Assembly (NCBI RefSeq): GCF_001194135.2
Contig: NC_068982.1
Location: 45,010,750-45,074,749, forward strand
DNA from: Octopus bimaculoides
Lineage: Eukaryota
DNA length: 64,000 bases
Reading direction: 5' to 3'
The notes under the pieces are model-generated. The model had not been told where the DNA came from. It saw only the letters and a list, made by a program, of their open reading frames with translations, and ran no database searches. The translations under genes were made by a program, and so were the position numbers. Below, in pieces: positions 24,038 through 64,000 of the stretch (positions are counted from its first letter, which is position 1; every line of letters begins with the position of its first letter).

Positions 24038-25246
24038 ACAAATACATATTGTAGCATGAAGAAATAAATGCTTGAAATGTTTGTTTAATACCTTCATTTG
24101 AATTATTTTAAATAAAGTGAATGATCATTCTCTCCCTCCCCTAGTAAGTATGAGTCACCATACAGTTTTCCTATAAGAACTTAGTCTGCACACTCCCTGC
24201 TCTCTCTCACACTTTAAACCCTTTTTCTCTTGCATAGAGTTGATTCCTACCTCAGGGTTCATTGTCTTGCAAGCTCCATGACAACCTCAATAGTGGAGGT
24301 GGCACAAAAAAAAAAAAGTACCTAGTATCTGCTGTAAAGTGGTTGGCTTTAAGAGGGGAATCCAGCTGTAGAAACCATGCCAAGATGAACATTGGATCAC
24401 AATGCAGTCCTTGGACCCAACAGATCTTGTCAAACTATCCAATCCATGCCATCATGGAACATGGACATTAAATGATGTCATGATACATTAGGCTTACAAG
24501 TGAATTTACAAAATTGCAAATTGCAAATTTTATTCAAATCTGTGATTTCAGGTGAGTCCATGGTATGTTTTATAGTATTTTGTTGGAGCATTTTAGGTAG
24601 GAAAGCGGCCTTGTTTATTACAAAGTAGCAATGCATTGTTTAGCTATATGTGGCAGAGTGTTTACTTCAAGAACATTGTTATAGAACTGGACTGAATGGA
24701 GGTTATTGTCACCCACAGAAGGCGTTTGCATCTACCATCACTGTCCAAGAAACAGTGGACCTATGTAAATATCCTGAGAGAGAACTGTTTTACAGAGTCT
24801 GGATATGCTCAACAGACTTGGACTATCAATGGAAGTGTTTGCAGATAACTCGAGCAGTTTGGATTAAATGAGGACATTCCTTCCAAAAAGTTGTTCATTT
24901 CTATGAAAAACAATAAAGTATACTTTGAACATACCAGGGATCACTTAGATTGAACCTCTGCCTTCTCTAAATCCAACCAGTTTTTATCTAATAGCATAAT
25001 TTACTTGAAGGCATCATACTATCCAAGAACTGAATCTCAGTTTAAGATCTTGAGAGAATAAACGCATTGAAAATAAGATATTTTAATATGTAATAAATAG
25101 GTTTTTTTTTATTTTTTTATTTGTAGCTCGCTTAATTGAGATTAATACGGGTTAAATGTAGCAATTCAATTCTTAAGCCATACACTTATACATATTTCAA
25201 AAATCTGCTCACTTGTTCTAAGCATGGCTTCCAGAATACATAAATA

Positions 25247-25714
25247 CAGTAATCCCTTGACTATCGCAGGTGTTACATTCCAAACTCACCGTGATAGGTG
25301 AAAATCTGCAGAGTAGAAACTACTGTATTGTATATTTTTTTCCTTTTTATAATTTGTATATATTCTATTATAAATGCAAAACAACACCACACACTCGCCT
25401 CCTGAGTTTCGTTTTCCATACAGTATGTGCGATTCTTTGTTTACTCATCTACAGTACATTACGTATTTTCTGTTAATACATTTCAGTTAATGTGATATGC
25501 AGTGCAGTACTGTACTGTATCTTCCTTTAATAAATCTATTAATTTTTAGGTGTGAAAATGCTTATTTTACCACAGAAATAATTAAAATCTAAAAAAACTA
25601 TAAATACCTATCAGTCACAGAAACCCGCGAGATAAATTTACATATATTAGCCAGAAAAATCTGTGATGTACTGAGGGCATGATAGGTGAACTGAAATATG
25701 GTGAGTGATTACTG
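25247..25714. mobile_element. pogo/Tigger-like MITE, 468 bp
   Basis: TA|CAGTAATC ... GATTACTG|TA. Confidence 0.8.
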
Positions 25715-26670
25715 TATAATTATTATTATTCTTTTGGTTGTGGCACCAGCACTATGTTCGCTGCAAGTCACTTGTTTTGTTTTATTTTAACCATCTTTCA
25801 AAGATTTGTTTACAAAATTTGTGCTTTATGTGTCACATAAAGACAAGGGTTGTGGGAGCTGTTTGGCTTGGTTTTATTTTTGTTCTTCAGAACAGAATTT
25901 GTGGATTATTTTCAAACATTTACCCATTTATTTTATACATATCAAGAAAACATGAGTGAGATCAGAAGAGCTGTTTTGATGCTACCTTCCCACCTTTAAA
26001 ACAAAGCACCACTACCACAAGTGTTGAGTGAAAGAACAGCAACAATAAGGAAAATGAGAACAAAGACCAGAAAAACAAAATTCCATCTCCACTGTTGCAA
26101 CCACTACCATTTACACTAACACAAAAAAAAATAATGACACTACAACTTGAAAATCTAGTAGATAGAAAATAAGTCTACAGAAGAATTAAAAAATGCAGAA
26201 AAAAAAAATATATAAATACTAATGAGACCTGGTCAAAATGTTGTTAAACCCACCATAATACATCCAGCAAGAAAGTAACTTCTAGACTGTGATATACAAA
26301 TTCTTCGCAACAAAAAGTAAGAAAACAGAGCAGGCAACAGAACAGTAAAGAAAAAGTACCTCAGGCCCATCTGAGGTACCACAATATGTTGCAAGGAGGG
26401 GAAAAAAAGTATGGTATAGTGGAGATGAGTCACTATAGAGGAGGAGACCAGGAACCACTCAGCAACAACCCTAAGGTCTTCAAACCAATCTACCTTGGCT
26501 GTAGGGTAGTAAGATTAGTTAACATGCCTCCCACTCTCAAAAGTAAACATTTACTGGTTGATGATAGCTTTAGCTTTAAAATTTGAATGTTTTATTATTA
26601 TATAAAAGGGTGATAATAAATCATTCAAATTTTAAAACTAAATATATTGTTAAATAAAAGATTGATGCAA

Positions 26671-27005
26671 AGGCGCATGGCTCAGTGGTTAGAGCATCAG
26701 GCTCACAATCATGAGGTAGTGAGTTTGATTCCTTGACCAAGTTGTGTGTTGGGTTTTTGAGCAAGACACTTTATTTCATGTTGCTCCAGTTCACTCAGCT
26801 GTAGAAATGAGTTGCAAAGTCACTCATATCAAGCTGCATTAGCTTTTGCCTTTCCCTTGGATAACATTGGTAGCATGGAGAGGGGAGGCTGGTATGCATG
26901 GACGACTGCTGAGCTTCCATAAACAAACTTGCCCAGACTTGTGCTTTGGAGAGGAACTTTCTAGATGCAATCCCATGGTCATTCATGACCAAAGGAGATC
27001 TTTCC
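26671..27005 (+). mobile_element. SINE family C (tRNA head TGGCTCAGTGG...GAGTTTGATTCC)
   Basis: Homologous copies at 3916-4198(-) and 38765-39094(-). Confidence 0.85.
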
Positions 27006-28416
27006 TTTCTAAAAGGATGATAAAATAATATTTGGACTGTAGGTATGTTCTTAAGTTATTATTTTATCCAACAAATGTCCAGCAATGCTCAGACTAAATG
27101 CTCCAAACCCTAAAGAAAATAAAGGGAAAGTTCATATGAAATCTGAACATCTTATTGATGACAAACATAGGTGCAGTCATGCCTGTGAGGTTTGGGATGT
27201 TTGTTTCACATTCATGTGGTTCCAGGTTTGATCCCACTGCATAAAGAAGCTTACTTCTCAACCACAGAGTTCGGAGTTCAGTCCTACTGCATGGCATCTT
27301 GAATCAGTGTCTTCTACCATATATTTTGTCTGACCAAAGCCTTGTGAGTGGACTTGGTAGATAGAAACTGAAAGAATCCCATCACATATGTATATATACA
27401 TGTGTGTGTTTTTCCCCCCACCACTGCTCGACAACTGGTACTAGTCTGTTTATATTCCCATAACTTAGCAGTTCAGCAAAAGAAATAGAATAAGTACTGA
27501 GGTTAATACATTTGACAAAAAATTCTTCAAGGTGGTGCCCTAGCATGGCTGCAGTCCGAAACAAGTAAAAGATAATGTGCACATACACACATTTATATAA
27601 GACAGGCTTCTTTCAGTTTCCACTTTGCAAAGCTTAGTAAACTCAGGATTATAGAAGACCAAGATGCCTTGCAATAGGACTGAACACAAAATCACATTGT
27701 TGAGAAATTAATTTCTCAATGACACAGCCACACCTGCACAAAAAAAAGTTCATATAACAATCATACAAAACTAAAAATATATTAACAAAAACAAGGCAAA
27801 TGGTTATATTTTTTTTTCTTTATTTACAAACATGATTGGTCCCAGTAGGAGCACAGTTTCCAAGATTTACAATACTCTCTTTACAATTTAATATAAGCAA
27901 TTAATAAAACAAAATGAAGTTATTTCCAATATTTGGGGATATTAGTGATGTCACTAGAAGGGTATCAATATGATACCTCACTGGTATCAATGGGACTTAC
28001 AAACTTGAACGTAAAAGATTTCAGTCATACATATAGTTATGTAATGTCTTGTTGATGTGTATATTTATGTATCTGCATACATACAATGACTGTGTGAGTA
28101 TGTTTATGTACATGTACTCATCTGTGTCTATGTGGGCTTTACTCACATACCAACAAATATCAAGGGGTGAAATTAATGCAAATCATTTGAAAAGAAAATT
28201 TTTAACATGAACATCTCAACACCCCTTGAAGCTGTCATTTCAATACCTCAGGATATCTTTCATAACAAAACATCCTTCATTTGGCATGTTACAAAATAAA
28301 AGGGGAAGAGACTCCTTTCACTCTCTCTCAAAATTAACAAATCTAATCTCTTTTTCCAAGAAATGAGCCCATTTATAGAGGTTTTCACAAAGAGTTTTCT
28401 GATGAGATTATTTTAA

Positions 28417-28624
28417 CCCTTTAGCATTGAAACTGGCTATATCCAGCTTAAATATTCTACCTGTTTTATGTTCCAATTAGTTACTCACACCTTCCATACA
28501 ATGTCCTTCTAAAAATAAACAATTCCATCATCAAAACCTTGCCACAACATAATGCATAAATGAATTCAAAGTAGTGTGAATAAGTAAGTATTACATTTGG
28601 TAGAGTAATCTGAATGCTAAAGGG
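28417..28624. mobile_element. piggyBac-like MITE (second family)
   Basis: TTAA|CCCTTTAGCATT ... AATGCTAAAGGG|TTCA; homologues at 40742-40957, ~56160-56346 and ~15470-16110. Confidence 0.82.
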
Positions 28625-31600
28625 TTCAAGTTCATGTTTAATTTAGTTTGGGGAATGAATAATAATTACAAAAAAAATATTAATGGGTATCAATGAGTGA
28701 TTTCACTAATATCTTACTTAATTAAGAGTACTAAAAAGTTAGACAGAAATTATTACTTAGAATTCTTTAATTAGCATTTCCAGTCAGCCCTACACTAGGA
28801 TAACTAATCAAACAATACAAGCACTATTTATGTTTAATTTTCCTGAAGATTTACAGTCATCATTATTTAGATGAACGGTTGGCATTAGCAAGGACATGTG
28901 ATTGTAGGGTATCTTAATCCTTGTTCTTCAGACTAAGATAAATCTCAATCTTTATTAGAATGTAATTTCATTCTGCGGGAAGTTGGAAATATTAGCACTG
29001 TGCAACACTTTACTCAAGTAACATTTACCTGAAGAAATACTAAGCTATTCATTCTTTATTGTTAACAAATTCAGAATTTTGATGTTTAAAGCTAAAGGGG
29101 CTTTCTAAAGCTTTTATTTAGTTTGAGATCGGAGACAAACAAATTTTCAGAGTGTTATGTAGAACACAATAATGCAAAGCAATAATGGATTCCTGAGGGA
29201 AGAGTAAATTGTCCAGTACTTCTTCAACTCAGCTTTTGCACTAAGAGACAAAAATATTACTTTCTAAATATTTTCAAGACCCTATTTCTAATCAAATATA
29301 CTACTAATATATTTAAATTAATCTTGAAATTAAGCAGGATGAAGTATTTCATAAAATGACTAAATTAAGCATTATTAAGCTGATATTTTAAATATAACAG
29401 AAGGTTCTTGCATAATAAAACATAAGGTGTTGTATCAGAGACCCAAGGGCAATCTCAGGTAGATTGATATTGAAAGGATTAATTTTTGACGATACTTAAT
29501 ATATATGCATTAGTATCTATACATACATAAATATATATGTATAGATATATCAAGATAATATATTAAATAAGGTACCTATACACACACACATATATATATA
29601 TATATACACTGTGTATGTGTGTGTGTTTGTAAATGGTTTTTGTGCTTCAAATTATTGTAATTAGTTAGAGACATGGATGGTAAATGTTTGCATCAGTTTC
29701 TTTTATGCTAACCCCAACTCCACCAAGCATAAATCAAATTTAATAATCTACCTTTTCTTTTTTTTTAAGATACTCAAAAACTAGGGTCTCACTATTGTTA
29801 AGACACTCTCAAAAATGCAAGGACCCAGCAAGTGTCTCAGTACCACATCACTATAAATATTCAAGCTACAATAAGCTTCCAGTTAGTGTGAATATATCTG
29901 TCCAGAAGCAAACAGAAAGGCGGGGAAAAAAACTACCAAGTATTATTTTTTAGTTATTTAGCATACAACTCCCTGCCTCTATTACTGTCAAAATAAGCGA
30001 CCCTTATTGGGTTAAGGTCAAAACACACCGGGGTAGAAAGGTTGCAACAAATGTATAAATTAGATGTCACAATATTTTCTATCAGGATAAATTATATTTT
30101 TTTCTTAAAAATGAATCCATGATTAATAAATATCACATGTGATTGTCCAATAAATAAAAGAATTATACAGAGAAACTAATATTCAAATGGACAGGGTGAC
30201 TTAAGTTATTTAAGTGTTGGGCTGTAGACTTTAAAGGGTAAAAAGTTCCTGTGAAATGAACATGGTTACAATCATTCTTATTTAGATGAATGGTTTGCAT
30301 AAGCAAGGAAATGTGGTTGTAGAGTACCTTAAATCTAGCATTTCATGCAAATATCAACATTTGCAGATCCATCCAACCAATGCTAGCAAGAGAAAATCAC
30401 ATCCAAACATGAAGGAAAGCAAGAACAGTACCAAAAATAAAAGGGATTGTAAATGGGAGTAAAACAAAAATAGGTGATTAAATGTTTCATCTCTGAACAA
30501 GGTCCCCACATGTCCTTGTTAGCATATAACTAAGACCAATATTTTACCCTTAATTTTTTTTTTTAAAGTAAGCCCTGAGGAGATTGGGACTTCAGTATCC
30601 CGTTGCAAGAGAATATGATGTTCAGCTCTCAAACAAGTCACCATTTTACCATAAAGCTAGCATTGACTACTTCAGTGTGTACTAGAGCAAGTACTGACTG
30701 TGTAAGCAAGATTACTTACATTACACAGAACAATCCAGCTATCAGACAAAGCACCAAAAATTTACTTCAATGCAAAGAATATTAAATTCTTTTCTTTTTT
30801 TTTTTCTGTTTAAGTTTCATTTTACTTGAACAAAATATATTTTTAGTTTTCTTTTTCAAAATATATTTTTATTTTACATTTGTTTTTGTCTTGACATGTA
30901 TTTCACTTTTAAACTTCTAGATACTAATAAAGCATATTTAGTAATTCAAGAGAAATTACTAACAGTAGAACGGTCAACAGAAGCTGCATCACCAGGTAAT
31001 TTAAACATTCAAACTGAAATAATTTTACAATGGATAACAGTAATATCACCAGCTACACACAAAAGGACAAGAAATCATTCTTTTCTTTTAATTTTAAGTT
31101 GTCTTCTTCAAACCCTTCTTAAATGGAATAATCACATTTGACAGTGAATATTTATGTGAACTCTTGCATGTAACATTTTCATTTCCTTAGGAAGCAATAT
31201 GATTATAAACTGGTTAGTTACAGTAGTCTAAAAATATTACACATTTATATTTGAAAGTCATTATTATTATTTGTACTTTTTCTTTTTACATAGACATAAA
31301 ATCAGATTTTTAAAGAAAAATTTGGAATTTGTGGCATTCATGCACTTTAAATGGCAATAAGTATGGCAATAAAAGAAAATAGTGGACTTCTGACACAAAG
31401 TCATATAATTTACAAGGATACTGTTGATTATACTAAGACCAGTAAATGACAGGAACTTTAATACATCAACTCTGAAAGGATGAAAAGCAAAACTGACTTT
31501 GGCGAGATGTGGATTCAAAATTTAAATATCACAAGACATGAAGCCCAATGCTCTACTGATACTATCAACATTGGCAAAGGTTCAAAATTTATATAGCAGT

Positions 31601-32593
31601 AGTAAAGTTAACACTCTGAGTACTTATTTTATTGGCCATTGCCAAGGAGAAATGGAAAGTAAAGCTGAGCCCAGCAACATTAGCACTCAGACCATAAAGT
31701 GACAAAACCAAGTACATCTATCTTCATCTATCATAGATTCATTCAGCTCTGATCCAGGATAACATGGCACACTCACTGTGGACTATGTTAGACTTATCAT
31801 GAATTGATCTGTGATAACACAAGCGGGCGATCAGTCAACAATGCTGCTTGGACTGCAGACTTGGGGACTTGAAACAAAACCTATATTTCCCATATGGTCT
31901 ATTATTCATTTACCACTGTCTCATTTAATTCTGTGTTTTTTTTTTAACCAAACACCTGTGATGAACAAGGATAGATGTACTGCAAATCATCTGGTCCAGT
32001 ACTCTAGTGTTTTCAATCACTCCAATACCCACAATAATAATGATGATAATAATAATCCTTTCTACTATAGGCACAAGGCCTGAAATTTAGGGGAAAGGGA
32101 TAGTTGATTACATCAATTCTAGTACTCAACTGGTACTTATTTTATTGACCTTGGAAGGATGAAAAGCAAAGTCGACCTCGGCAGAATTTGAACTTAAAAT
32201 GTGAAGACAGACGAAATACTGCTAAGCATTTTGCCCAATGTGCTAACGATTCTGCCAGCTCATCACCTTAATAATAATAATAATAATGATGATGATGATG
32301 TAAGCAGTAATAGTTACATTGCAAAAACCTGATAAAGAGCTATGAGAAGGCCACTAAGGAAAATATAACAAGCTAACAAAAATGCCAAAGTATTATTATG
32401 TACAAATTTATATTTTCAATTTAACAAAGTGTAAGATTAAATCTAAAAATTATGCATTGTTGGAAAAAGTAGGAAGTACTAGTGAGACATATTTGTTAAA
32501 CAAATTGAACAGAAACAGTCAACATATGAATGAAAATTAAAAATAAATAGCCACAAAACTGGAAATTCAACATACATAACAGGAAAATTTAAA

Positions 32594-32633
<40 letters not shown>

Positions 32634-32715
32634 GAAAAATAATAAATTAAGAAACATTCAGCAATGATAATTTGGAATAAATAGAAACATTCCACTATTA
32701 TCAAGGACTGACTGA

Positions 32716-63516
<30,801 letters not shown>

Positions 63517-63639
63517 CTGAAATTGTAAAACATAAATAAACTCATTATAAATCTCAACTATTTCTTCCTGGGTTTCCTATTCAGTTTATTCAAATATTTA
63601 TGAAGAATTAGATATGGTTGAAAGTTATGTTCCACATAA

Positions 63640-63985
63640 TGTGTGTGCATGGCACCTCAAGCACATGACTTCTACTATAGCGCCTGATCCAAAGCCTTGT
63701 GAATGGATTTGACAGATGGAAACTAAAACAAGCCCATCATATGTGTGTGTGAATGTGTATGTGCATGCATGTGTGTTTGTGTCTGTGTTTGCCCCCACCA
63801 CCACTGCTCAACAACTAATGTTGCTTTGTTTAAGTCCCTGTAACTTAGCAGTTCGGTAAAAAGAGATCAATACAGTAACTACCAGGCTTAAGGTAAAAAT
63901 AAGTACTGGGGTCAATTCATTTGACAAAAAATTCTTCAAGGCAGTGCCCCAGCATGGCAGTAGTTTAAAACAGATAAAAGATGCT
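63640..63985 (+). mobile_element. SINE family A (degenerate)
   Basis: Same head, microsatellite and tail order. Confidence 0.8.
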
Positions 63986-64000
63986 CCAGCATTTATCTCT

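Noticed and set aside
28851-28917. SECIS or C/D snoRNA assignment for the duplicated 67-mer
   Set aside because: ATGA-to-GA spacing is too short for SECIS helix II and there is no paired C/D box arrangement; kept only as an unclassified finding.

Overview
AT-rich, repeat-dense animal genomic DNA with four N gaps. The SINE/MITE content and gene sequences suggest an octopus or other coleoid cephalopod (inference). Two protein-coding genes converge tail to tail. (1) An inward-rectifier K+ channel (Kir/KCNJ family) on +: main exon 21835-22980, probably preceded by a small coding exon at 12758-12815 that the ORF track misses. (2) The 3' ~990 codons of acetyl-CoA carboxylase (ACC) on -: 24 exons hand-assembled between 63516 and 32716, all GT-AG, phases consistent, frame open to the stop. 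The rest is tRNA-derived SINEs of several families, RTE-LINE 3' ends, hAT/piggyBac/pogo/mariner-type MITEs, foldback elements and microsatellites. Most notable: a tRNA-headed SINE whose tail carries a Penelope-type hammerhead-ribozyme motif plus an inverted partial copy, with two further hammerhead-like motifs elsewhere; a Kir lacking all three classical acidic rectification residues but with a new Glu higher in M2; a CpG-decay boundary near 14.8 kb; and a duplicated 67-nt element in the repeat-poor intergenic/3'UTR zone. All alignments and counts were done by eye; no database searches were run.
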